From positions 210,001 to 242,000 of the forward strand of contig CP047921.1 of the NCBI GenBank assembly GCA_010202845.1: a stretch of DNA of 32,000 bases, given 5' to 3'. Below, piece by piece: positions 1 through 7,556 of the stretch (its first letter is position 1; each line of letters opens with the position of its first letter). This DNA is from Candidatus Saccharibacteria bacterium oral taxon 488 (lineage in GTDB: Bacteria > Patescibacteriota > Saccharimonadia > Saccharimonadales > Saccharimonadaceae). The position numbers and the translations under genes were made by a program. The notes under the pieces are model-generated. The model searched no databases. It saw nothing but the letters and a program-made list of their open reading frames with translations, and was not told the DNA's origin.

Positions 1-1
1 G

Positions 2-1225
2 AACCTCCAGTGTTATCAGGGTCGGTTTGGTAGTAATCAGCGCTGTGAGGTGCGTGAACAGGGTGATACGTTGACGGCAACAGCCCGCGCACTGCCAAAT
101 CAGGCGGGCGTGACGATCGCGGTCGGATTTGCACCGGGGACATTTGCGGCGTATCAGATGTCATTCATGGAACAGCTGATTGATTGGTGGGCGAAATTAC
201 AATTGGTGTTGCTGGCGGTGGCGCTGATATTGGTGGGGGTGATCATCGTGGCTTATTATCGGTCGATTGGTCGCCGTAAAGAACTGGAGCCAATTCCGCC
301 AGAGTATTTGCCACCGCGAGGTACGAGCGTGACGACGTCGGCCAAGCTGGTGCAGCCGTTTCATATGGTCAAGGGGTCGGTGATGGCGGCACAAATGATA
401 GACCTGGCGGTGCGCCACTACATTCAGGTTATTGAGGTGAAGCCGCGTACGACATGGCGAACAGCCGAGTACGAAGTGAAAGTGATACAAGCTCCGGGCA
501 AACTCCTGGCCGAGGAGCAAGAAATGCTGAGGAATATATTTGGCTCCTTGCCGAGAGTTGGTAAGCGGTTAAATCTAAAAACGCTGCGTAACAATGCGCC
601 ATACGCAGCGCGAGTACGCTACAGCGCAAAGCAAATGAAAGGGCGGCTCATTGACGACTATGGTTTGCAAGCGCGCGAGCCGCAGCATACCCGACGATTT
701 CGACGGTACGCGATAATTATCAGTATTTTTGCGGTGCTGTTGTTGTCGCCGGTGCTCTTGGTGTTGGCGGGGATGGTGTTTTATCTGTCGTTTGGTAAGG
801 TGCTGACCGACAAGGGTCTGGCGCTCAGGCGGTATCTGGCGGGCCTGAAAAGGTATATTGGCGTGGCTGAGGTCGAGCGTTTGCAGATGCTGCAGAGTCC
901 AGAGGGCGCGGAAAAAGTAAAGGTTGACGCGGCTGATGAGAAACAGCTGGTGAAATTGTACGAGCGGGTACTGCCGTACGCGGTGTTGTTTGGACAGGAA
1001 AAAGAGTGGAGTGCGCAGCTGGGCAAGTACTATGAGCAGGTCGGCGAGCAACCGGATTGGTACAGTGGCCAAGGTGCGTTTAATGCGGCAGTATTTTCGG
1101 CAGGAATGAGTAGTTTGTCGAGTACGGCCGTAAGCGTCAGCTCCTTTGAATCCTCGACGGGTGGCTCAACTGGCGGCGGCTTCGCTGGTGGCGGCGGAGG
1201 TGGCGGCGGAGGCGGCGGCTGGTAA
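2..1225 (+). CDS. DUF2207-family membrane protein, 5'-truncated by the window edge, poly-Gly C-terminal tail
   Basis: The frame is open from nt 2: NLQCYQGRFGSNQRCE precedes the GTG at 50 with no stop, so the gene starts upstream of the window. It has TM segments (LQLVLLAVALILVGVIIVAYY; YAIIISIFAVLLLSPVLLVLAGMVFYL), the LPYAVLFGQEKEW region and a GGSTGGGFAGGGGGGGGGGGW tail typical of DUF2207 proteins. Stop TAA 1223-1225. Confidence 0.8.
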   Translation, partial: NLQCYQGRFGSNQRCEVREQGDTLTATARALPNQAGVTIAVGFAPGTFAAYQMSFMEQLIDWWAKLQLVLLAVALILVGVIIVAYYRSIGRRKELEPIPPEYLPPRGTSVTTSAKLVQPFHMVKGSVMAAQMIDLAVRHYIQVIEVKPRTTWRTAEYEVKVIQAPGKLLAEEQEMLRNIFGSLPRVGKRLNLKTLRNNAPYAARVRYSAKQMKGRLIDDYGLQAREPQHTRRFRRYAIIISIFAVLLLSPVLLVLAGMVFYLSFGKVLTDKGLALRRYLAGLKRYIGVAEVERLQMLQSPEGAEKVKVDAADEKQLVKLYERVLPYAVLFGQEKEWSAQLGKYYEQVGEQPDWYSGQGAFNAAVFSAGMSSLSSTAVSVSSFESSTGGSTGGGFAGGGGGGGGGGGW

Positions 1226-1227
1226 CC

Positions 1228-2184
1228 GTGTCTGATGTTTTATTATTGGCGATGGCGGCGGTGCTGCTGGTGCTGTCGGGGTCGTTTTCAGGTCTTAATA
1301 TTGGGTTGATGATGGCACGGCCGGATGATTTGCGGCGTAAGGCCCGGCAGGGCGACGCAATCGCTGCACGAGTCTACCGCTACCGCAAAGACGGCTATTA
1401 CCTGATTTTTTGTATCTTGCTGGGTAATGTTGGCGTCAATACGGCAATGTCAATTCTACTGGGCAATATGACGAACGGCGTGATTGGCGGGTTGATTGCC
1501 ACGTTGCTGATTACGATGTTTGGCGAGATTTTACCGCAGGCGATTTTTACTCAGCGCGGCTATCGTTTTGTGCGGCATTTCTTTTGGCTACTGGATGTGA
1601 TTTATGTGCTATTTTGGCCGCTGGCCCGGCCGATGTCTAAGCTGCTCAATCGCTGGGTAGGCAAGGAAGCACCGCAGCTGTACTCACACCAAGAGCTAGA
1701 GCAGATTATTCACGAACATGCTGAGCGGTCGGATAGCCCGGTTGACTATGACGAAAGTCGGATCGCGGCGGGAGCGCTGCAATTTAGTAAAAAGACGGCT
1801 GGTGATTTGGTAACGCCGATGGATGAGGTATTTACCGTGGATCTGGATGATGAACTGGACGCCACGCTACTAGCGCAGATTAAACACGCTGGACATTCGC
1901 GGATCCCGGTGCGTGATGATGAGCGGCTGGTGGGGATTTTATATATCAAGGATGTGGCGGGGCGCGAGCTGCCGCTGCCAGTCAGTCAACTGTATCGAGA
2001 CAAGATTCATGATATCGACGCGCGGTCGCGGCTGGACACAGTGCTCAGCCGATTTATCCAAACCCGCAATCATTTGTTTGTGGTGATGGATGATGAAACG
2101 GAGCTGGGGATTATCACGCTGGAGGACGTGATCGAAGAGATTTTAGACCAGGAGATTGAGGACGAGTACGACGAAGTACGATAA
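1228..2184 (+). CDS. CNNM/DUF21 transmembrane domain plus tandem CBS protein (putative Mg2+/Co2+ efflux, TlyC/CorC-like), lacking the CorC_HlyC C-terminal domain
   Basis: The hydrophobic N-terminal half has the conserved FGEILPQA motif. It is followed by a CBS pair (VTPMDEVFTV...HSRIPV...LGIITLEDVIEEIL). GTG start 3 nt after the upstream TAA. Confidence 0.85.
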   Translation: MSDVLLLAMAAVLLVLSGSFSGLNIGLMMARPDDLRRKARQGDAIAARVYRYRKDGYYLIFCILLGNVGVNTAMSILLGNMTNGVIGGLIATLLITMFGEILPQAIFTQRGYRFVRHFFWLLDVIYVLFWPLARPMSKLLNRWVGKEAPQLYSHQELEQIIHEHAERSDSPVDYDESRIAAGALQFSKKTAGDLVTPMDEVFTVDLDDELDATLLAQIKHAGHSRIPVRDDERLVGILYIKDVAGRELPLPVSQLYRDKIHDIDARSRLDTVLSRFIQTRNHLFVVMDDETELGIITLEDVIEEILDQEIEDEYDEVR

Positions 2185-2214
2185 GCTGATTTTAATTGTT
2201 TTTGCTGCCTATGC

Positions 2215-2243
2215 TTGACAAACGAGGGGAGTGGAATTGCAAT
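2215..2243 (+). promoter_or_regulatory. sigma70-type promoter: TTGACA-17 nt-TGCAAT
   Basis: TTGACA at 2215-2220, a 17-nt spacer, then TGCAAT at 2238-2243. The predicted leader of about 75 nt contains two short hairpins (CTACCG-aaaccg-CGGTAG; ATGTGGA-ttgagaataca-TCCGCAT) before AAGGAG at 2311-2316. Confidence 0.5.
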
Positions 2244-2326
2244 GATTTTTGACTACCGAAACCGCGGTAGTATGTGGATTGAGAATACATCCGCATAAGA
2301 TCGACTACTCAAGGAGAGTGGTTACT

Positions 2327-2650
2327 ATGTCCAACTCTTCCGGAAGCGAGTACGGCGGCACGCTGTACGATCGTGGAGCTAGGACTGGCTCTGAGCCTGC
2401 TGGGGCTAGCGGAATCTTCGCTCGTCGTGACGGCGGTCGTGAGCACAGTACCCAGTACTACTCTGACGGATACCGTCTCTCGCGAGACACTGGACAGGGC
2501 GGCGACAGGGACGTCCACTGGACTAACCAGAGAGTGGCAAAGGGTTCGCCCTCGCGCCACAACCCGCCTCCCCACTCGACTCTTGAATTTATGAGTCTGG
2601 ATCTGGAATTAGAGATGTTATTCTTTGATATAATTTTTCTATATCGCTAA
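2327..2650 (+). CDS. Hypothetical small hydrophilic Gly/Arg/Asp/Ser-rich protein (107 aa); coding status uncertain
   Basis: ATG at 2327 lies 10 nt after AAGGAG (2311-2316) and downstream of a good promoter. The ORF-track TTG start at 2249 has no ribosome-binding site. The product (MSNSSGSEYGGTLYDRGARTG...) looks disordered. Three overlapping ORFs in this GC-rich stretch and a 62-nt convergent overlap with the next gene lower confidence. Confidence 0.4.
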   Translation: MSNSSGSEYGGTLYDRGARTGSEPAGASGIFARRDGGREHSTQYYSDGYRLSRDTGQGGDRDVHWTNQRVAKGSPSRHNPPPHSTLEFMSLDLELEMLFFDIIFLYR

Positions 2651-2867
2651 AGGATGTGTGGTTATTAGTGTGTGCAAGCTGATCAAATAGTGTCGCTAAA
2701 AAATCCCAATCAATTACGGAGTGTTTTTCAGTGAGGCGAGCCATGGCAAAACAAAGTACGTCTAACGATTCTGCGACATCTGTTTTGTTTGGTGCGAATC
2801 TGTAGATATCAATAATCTCACGAGCAATGATTGCCTGGTGTATCTGATGGTTCTGAGTACTATCCAT
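2589..2867 (-). CDS. Hypothetical small helical protein (92 aa) in an AT-rich cassette
   Basis: The ORF-track start at 2915 is replaced by the ATG at 2867 (MDSTQNHQIHQ...). On the minus strand that ATG is preceded by TGCTACACT-aatatc, the same leaderless promoter layout seen at 12 other genes. Confidence 0.6.
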   Translation of the reverse strand: MDSTQNHQIHQAIIAREIIDIYRFAPNKTDVAESLDVLCFAMARLTEKHSVIDWDFLATLFDQLAHTNNHTSFSDIEKLYQRITSLIPDPDS

Positions 2868-2882
2868 GATATTAGTGTAGCA
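2868..2882 (-). promoter_or_regulatory. extended -10 promoter abutting the start codon (leaderless)
   Basis: The minus strand reads TGCTACACT (2882-2874), a 6-nt spacer aatatc, then the ATG at 2867. Confidence 0.6.
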
Positions 2883-2956
2883 TACCGTATCTTCTATTAA
2901 ATGATAAGAATACATATTTCTAAATAATTTATTTTCTCAAAACTACTTGAATTTTT

Positions 2957-2985
2957 ATAGTACCTTGTATAACATAGTACTATGT
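2957..2985. promoter_or_regulatory. Candidate operator: perfect 14-bp palindrome ACATAGTACTATGT plus a direct ATAGTAC repeat, overlapping the ABC/PadR operon promoter
   Basis: ACATAGTACTATGT at 2972-2985 is its own reverse complement and ends where the -10 TATAAT (2985-2990) starts. ATAGTAC also occurs at 2957-2963, and on the minus strand at 2857-2863. Confidence 0.55.
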
Positions 2986-2990
2986 ATAAT
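2985..2990 (+). promoter_or_regulatory. -10 box (TATAAT) of the ABC-PadR-PspC operon
   Basis: TATAAT at 2985-2990, AAGGAG at 2999-3004 and the ATG at 3011 imply a short SD-containing leader. No convincing -35 is present. Confidence 0.5.
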
Positions 2991-3010
2991 GAAAATGCAA
3001 GGAGTATAGT

Positions 3011-4300
3011 ATGAGGAGAATCGACATCATTAAGCGGGCGGGGCGGAATCTTCGCCAGTCAAAGGGTCGGACAATTTTGACATCGCTGGCGATTTCGGTC
3101 GGGGCGTTTACGATTGGCTTGGCGCTGATGGCTGGCGAGGGTGGCCGTTTGTATACCAATAGCATAGTCGATGCGGCTGGTGACAAGAAAGTGATTATGG
3201 TTGGTAAAAAAGTTGAATCCGAAAAGAAGGATCAATTACCAGAATATGGCAATTCGGCAGAAGAAGCTGACAAAAATAAAGCATCGGCGGCGCGCAGCAA
3301 ATATGTGCTCAACGACAAGGACTTGGAAAAAATCCGACAAACGCCGCATGTAAAAACGGTAACACCAGCATATTCAACTGATGGCGTGGCCTATGCCAAG
3401 AGCTCGGCGAATGGTAAGAAATTTGCGCTGACTGTGGCTGTTAAAATGGACAGTACTCGGGCAGAATTGGCGGCAGGGTCACTGGAAGGTTTCATGCCAA
3501 AGCCGGGTGAGATTATCATCCCGGAGGCTTATGTCAAGCAACTGGGCTTCAAGGACGCGCAGTCGGCAATTGGTCAGACGATAACCTTGGGTGTGCGTAG
3601 CGCAGCGCGGGGCGGCAATGTCGCCAAAGAGGTGTCGTTCAAGATTGCGGCGGTGGACAAAAAATCAGACACCATTTTGTTTTATGAACCAATGCTGAGA
3701 ATTTCGACGGCTGATGCTAAAGCTATTTACGAATTCAGCCATAATAAGAGTCAGCCACATCAGTATTCAACGGCGATTGCTTTGGTGGATGACGAGAAAA
3801 ATGTTGATGCTGCTAAAGATGTGATTGGCAAAGACTATAACGCGTACTCAATTCAGGATATTCGGAAGGCGCTACTAACGATGGTTAATGTAGCGCAGGT
3901 GGCACTGGCAGGATTCGGCGGCTTGGCGCTGCTCGCCAGTGTATTCGGGATTATTAACACTATGTACATTTCGGTACTGGAGCGAACTAGCCAAATTGGC
4001 TTGATGAAGGCGTTGGGGATGCGCGGCCGCGATATTGGTAAATTATTCCGCTACGAGGCGGCATGGGTTGGTTTGCTGGGTGGTTTGATTGGCGTCGGAC
4101 TGGCAAGTTTGGTGACGCTGCTGAATCCAGTAATTACCAGTGCCTTAAAATTAGGCGTTGGCACGAATCTTCTAGTAATTAATCCGCTGCAAATCGGACT
4201 GTTGGTAATCGGACTGGTGGTGATGGCAATAATTTCTGGCTGGTTGCCAAGCCGCAAAGCAACAAAATTAGACCCAATTGAGGCGTTAAGGACGGAATAG
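3011..4300 (+). CDS. ABC transporter permease, MacB/FtsX-like (large extracytoplasmic domain between TM1 and TM2, C-terminal FtsX-type 3-TM bundle)
   Basis: The N-terminus RNLRQSKGRTILTSLAISVGAFTIGLAL is typical of MacB-type permeases. A soluble domain of about 270 aa follows, then the C-terminal TMs with GLMKALGMRGRDIGKLF and PSRKATKLDPIEALR. SD AAGGAG lies 6 nt upstream. Confidence 0.9.
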   Translation: MRRIDIIKRAGRNLRQSKGRTILTSLAISVGAFTIGLALMAGEGGRLYTNSIVDAAGDKKVIMVGKKVESEKKDQLPEYGNSAEEADKNKASAARSKYVLNDKDLEKIRQTPHVKTVTPAYSTDGVAYAKSSANGKKFALTVAVKMDSTRAELAAGSLEGFMPKPGEIIIPEAYVKQLGFKDAQSAIGQTITLGVRSAARGGNVAKEVSFKIAAVDKKSDTILFYEPMLRISTADAKAIYEFSHNKSQPHQYSTAIALVDDEKNVDAAKDVIGKDYNAYSIQDIRKALLTMVNVAQVALAGFGGLALLASVFGIINTMYISVLERTSQIGLMKALGMRGRDIGKLFRYEAAWVGLLGGLIGVGLASLVTLLNPVITSALKLGVGTNLLVINPLQIGLLVIGLVVMAIISGWLPSRKATKLDPIEALRTE

Positions 4301-4310
4301 GAGAGAAATC

Positions 4311-5009
4311 ATGATTGAACTGAAAAATGTGACAAAAGTTTACGGTAAAAAGAAAAACCAATTTACGGCGCTGAAAAATGTCAGCTTGACCATCCCGACG
4401 GGCGCCAGCGTGGCAATCCTCGGTAAATCTGGTTCAGGAAAATCGACGCTGATGCATGCTATCTCGGGTTTGGATAAGCCGCAAAAAGGTCAAGTTATCA
4501 TTGACGGACAAGATATCTTGCAACTAAAGTCAAAGCATGTCGATGAGTTTCGCGCCAAGAAAATCGGTTTTATCTTTCAGAGCTTTTTTGTCCAAGGCAA
4601 TGAGAGCGTGGTTGACAACGTCAGTTTGCCGCTGGAAATTGCGCGGCTGCCGCGGAAAAAACGAGCGCATAAAATCAATGCAGCGCTTAAGGCGGTGGAC
4701 TTGTACGACAAGCGCAAGAATCGCGCCAAAGACCTGTCGGGCGGGCAAAAGCAGCGTTTGGCAATCGCCCGGGCGATTGTCGGCGATCCGCAAATCATCT
4801 TTGCTGACGAGCCGACCGGCAACCTGGACAGCGAAACTGGCGCTAAGGTGGAAGGATTGCTATTTGATTATAATAAGCAAAAGGGTGTCACGCTGATTGT
4901 AGTGACACACGACGTCGACCTGGCGAAGAAATGCGATTATCAGATCATCATTAAAGACGGTCGGATTGAAAAATCAACCGTGCCAGGAGGGATAAGGCAT
5001 GGACGTTAG
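4311..5009 (+). CDS. ABC transporter ATP-binding protein (MacB/LolD-like)
   Basis: Walker [10 protein letters not shown], signature LSGGQKQR, Walker [10 protein letters not shown] and an H-loop (VTHD). SD AGGAGA overlaps the upstream stop. Confidence 0.95.
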   Translation: MIELKNVTKVYGKKKNQFTALKNVSLTIPTGASVAILGKSGSGKSTLMHAISGLDKPQKGQVIIDGQDILQLKSKHVDEFRAKKIGFIFQSFFVQGNESVVDNVSLPLEIARLPRKKRAHKINAALKAVDLYDKRKNRAKDLSGGQKQRLAIARAIVGDPQIIFADEPTGNLDSETGAKVEGLLFDYNKQKGVTLIVVTHDVDLAKKCDYQIIIKDGRIEKSTVPGGIRHGR

Positions 5010-5346
5010 TGCTTACGCGGAGAGTTTGGCGATTCAACTGCGCAAAGGTTTTTTGGTCTACTGTGTGCTGCTGGTTTGTGCCAAACAACCGCAATATACC
5101 GGCGACATCGTCAAGCAATTGAGCGAGTCGGAGCTGATGGTGGTTGAGGGGACAATTTACCCGCTGCTCAGCCGCTTGCAGAAATATGGCTATCTCAAGC
5201 ACGAATGGCAAGAGAGCGAACAGGGGCCGCCGCGCAAATATTATTCGCTCACTGACGTGGGCGCGCAGCTGGTGGATGAATTGAAAAATCGTATCAAAAT
5301 GTTGAACACTTCGCTAAAAAATCTCGAGAAAGGAGCCAAGCGATGA
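4999..5346 (+). CDS. PadR-family transcriptional regulator
   Basis: Winged-helix signature EGTIYPLLSRLQKYGYLKHEWQESEQGPPRKYYSLTDVG. AGGAGG lies 8 nt upstream. The gene overlaps the ATPase by 11 nt. Confidence 0.9.
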   Translation: MDVSAYAESLAIQLRKGFLVYCVLLVCAKQPQYTGDIVKQLSESELMVVEGTIYPLLSRLQKYGYLKHEWQESEQGPPRKYYSLTDVGAQLVDELKNRIKMLNTSLKNLEKGAKR

Positions 5347-6635
5347 AAGAAATAACCAGAATTCATTTGGCAAAGACGCCGTTTAGCGTGGAAGTTGATG
5401 CTAAAAAATCATTGGAAAAATACCTGAATTTAATTCAGAAAAACATGCACGCCGAGCCAGAGGCTATGCGGGAAATCGAAGCGCGAATGGTGGAGCTTTT
5501 GGCGGAGCGCGGCGTGGCAAAGGACGGCGTGATCAGTCACGACGACGTCCTGGCGGTGCAGAAACAAATGGGCGAACCGCGTGATTTTTCGGACGATGAC
5601 GAGACGGTGGAGACCGATGACGAGCCCGAGCGTTCAGAGCGTTCGGAGCGACGGCTGATGCGCGATACGGAACATTCGCTAATTGGTGGCGTATGTGCAG
5701 GCATTGCTGCCTATTGGGGAACCAATCCCTTGTGGGTACGATTATTGTTCATTTTCTCGCCATTTATTACCTTTGGTGCAGCGGTACTGATTTATATTGT
5801 GATGTGGCTGTCAGTTCCAGAGGCGCGGACTGCCTCTGATAAGCTCCAGATGCGAGGCAAGGCGGTAACGTTTGATTCGCTGAAGCGTCAGGCCAGTCGG
5901 AATGAGCCATCCGTAGGGCGGAATAGTAACACGGGTCATACGGCAGCAAAAGTATTTCGATTTATTCTTGGGGTTGGTATTCTCATGGTAACACTGGGGC
6001 TGTTGGTGGCGCTGATCGTGGGGGCGGTCAGTGGCATCGCGGTGATTGGTTTGCTGGATGGGCTTTATGCGCAGTCGTGGGCGTGGGGTCTATGGGTGTC
6101 CTTATTTATTGGCGGTGTAGCGGCGGTGTGGCTGGGCGCGATATTGAGCCACGGTGTTTTTACGTGGACGTTAAAGCGACTATCGGTGATTATGATGGTG
6201 GTGGCGCTGATCGTAGGGGCGCTGTCGGTTTCAGGGATGACGCTGTTTGGTGTAGGTATGGCGAATGAGCTAGCACGTGACGAGGAGCGCTTGACAAAAA
6301 TCGTGCCGGTTGAATTGCCAAGTGATATGAAGGGCGTGAAATATGTCCATGTCGAGGGTGAGGATGTGTCGTTACATTTTGGGGATACGACCCGAGGTGA
6401 TATCAAGGTTGAGCTGCGCTATATAGACCTCAAGGGCAAGCGCCAGCAACCGAAGGTGTCGGCGGTGCGTGATGGTGATAAGCTCGTGCTCAGAGTTGAA
6501 AACCAGCGTAATCGCTGTCGCACGACGTGGTTTGGCCTCTCGCCGGAGCTTGATGTCAACTGCTTCGGGTTTGTGCGGCTGCATGTGTCCGGGCCGCTGT
6601 CGCCATCGCCCGCACCACAATCAAGTGACGCATAG
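5343..6635 (+). CDS. PspC-domain membrane protein (envelope-stress type) with multi-TM region and C-terminal beta-rich domain
   Basis: PspC domain LMRDTEHSLIGGVCAGIAAYWGTNPLWVRLLFIF...WLSVPE, followed by several TM helices. ATGA start/stop overlap with padR. Confidence 0.85.
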   Translation: MKEITRIHLAKTPFSVEVDAKKSLEKYLNLIQKNMHAEPEAMREIEARMVELLAERGVAKDGVISHDDVLAVQKQMGEPRDFSDDDETVETDDEPERSERSERRLMRDTEHSLIGGVCAGIAAYWGTNPLWVRLLFIFSPFITFGAAVLIYIVMWLSVPEARTASDKLQMRGKAVTFDSLKRQASRNEPSVGRNSNTGHTAAKVFRFILGVGILMVTLGLLVALIVGAVSGIAVIGLLDGLYAQSWAWGLWVSLFIGGVAAVWLGAILSHGVFTWTLKRLSVIMMVVALIVGALSVSGMTLFGVGMANELARDEERLTKIVPVELPSDMKGVKYVHVEGEDVSLHFGDTTRGDIKVELRYIDLKGKRQQPKVSAVRDGDKLVLRVENQRNRCRTTWFGLSPELDVNCFGFVRLHVSGPLSPSPAPQSSDA

Positions 6636-6667
6636 TGAGCGTGGAGGTTGGCGAATGCTTACTGAGC

Positions 6668-6676
6668 TGCTACACT
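6668..6676 (+). promoter_or_regulatory. extended -10 box TGCTACACT upstream of uppP
   Basis: The same 9-mer occurs at two other promoters in this window. It is followed by a 5-codon mini-ORF (ATG 6683...TAA 6700) and AGGGAG (6688-6693) 10 nt before the uppP GTG. Confidence 0.45.
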
Positions 6677-6703
6677 GAAGGGATGATAGGGAGCTATTAA
6701 GTA

Positions 6704-7546
6704 GTGGCGTGGTGGCAAGCGATCATCCTCGGTATTGTTGAAGGCGTGACAGAGTTTCTGCCGGTTTCTTCGACGGGACATTTGACGATCGTCGAGAAGT
6801 TGATGGGGATGAGAATTGATGATTCGAGTCTGACGGCGTTCACGGCAGTAATTCAGGTCGGCGCGATCTTGGCAGCGATTATCTATTTCTGGAGCGATAT
6901 CTGGCGGGTGCTAAGCGCGTGGTGGCGCGGTCTGTGGTGGAAGCGGGCGCGACGACAGTTTGATTATGTGTATGGCTGGGCGATTATCATCGGTTCGGTG
7001 CCGATCGCAGTGATTGGACTACTGTTTAAGGATCAGGTCGAGACGGTGCTGCGTAGTTTGTGGTTTGTGGCGGTGGCGTTGATCGGCTGGAGCCTGGTGA
7101 TGTGGTGGGCTGATAAGCGTTCAGAAAAGGCCAGTCACCGCAGCGAGCAGCAAACGACGTGGCGAGATACGCTGGCGATTGGTGTGGGGCAGTGCCTGGC
7201 CTTGATACCGGGTATCAGTCGGTCGGGAGCAACGATCTCGGTGGGGCTGCTGCGGGGATTTGACCGAGTGACGGTGACGAAGTTGAGCTTTTTCCTCGGT
7301 ATCCCGGCGCTGGTGGCGGCTGGGCTGCTGGAGATGCTGACCGCCTCAAAGCACATTGCCGGCGGTGTCGGCTGGACAGCGACGGGGCTTGCGACAATTG
7401 TGTCGTTTGTGGTCGGCTACCTTGCGATATCGTGGCTGCTTAAGTTTGTGGCGCGGAATGACTTCTCGTTATTTATTTGGTATCGAGTCGGGCTGGGCGG
7501 CCTGATCATTGTTTTGCTGATGAGCGGCGCGATCAGTGCGGTTTAG
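6704..7546 (+). CDS. uppP: Undecaprenyl-diphosphate phosphatase (BacA/UppP)
   Basis: Hallmark motifs EGVTEFLPVSSTGHL and PGISRSGATI in an 8-TM profile. GTG start. Confidence 0.95.
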   Translation: MAWWQAIILGIVEGVTEFLPVSSTGHLTIVEKLMGMRIDDSSLTAFTAVIQVGAILAAIIYFWSDIWRVLSAWWRGLWWKRARRQFDYVYGWAIIIGSVPIAVIGLLFKDQVETVLRSLWFVAVALIGWSLVMWWADKRSEKASHRSEQQTTWRDTLAIGVGQCLALIPGISRSGATISVGLLRGFDRVTVTKLSFFLGIPALVAAGLLEMLTASKHIAGGVGWTATGLATIVSFVVGYLAISWLLKFVARNDFSLFIWYRVGLGGLIIVLLMSGAISAV

Positions 7547-7556
7547 TTGTCGTTAA

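Noticed and set aside
1141-1222. (GGN)n tract encoding the GGGFAGGGGGGGGGGGW tail, considered as a hypervariable or phase-variable repeat.
   Set aside because: Gly-rich C-terminal tails are a normal feature of DUF2207 proteins. The codons are mixed (ggt, ggc, gga) rather than a pure homopolymer, so slippage potential is limited.
2250-2590. tmRNA, RNase P RNA, SRP RNA or 6S RNA in the GC-rich non-annotated stretch.
   Set aside because: I found no GAGGAAAGTCC or ACAGAA...GGCTTA boxes (RNase P), no GGGG...TTCGA...CCACCA ends or tag ORF (tmRNA), and no GTCCGGAAGGAAGCAGC core (SRP) on either strand. Only a covariance-model scan can settle it.
4537-4896. Alternative-frame ORFs within the ABC ATPase gene (4537-4896+, 4530-4793-, 4577-4822-).
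   Set aside because: They are nested in a gene with all the ABC motifs in the annotated frame, and their products are implausible.
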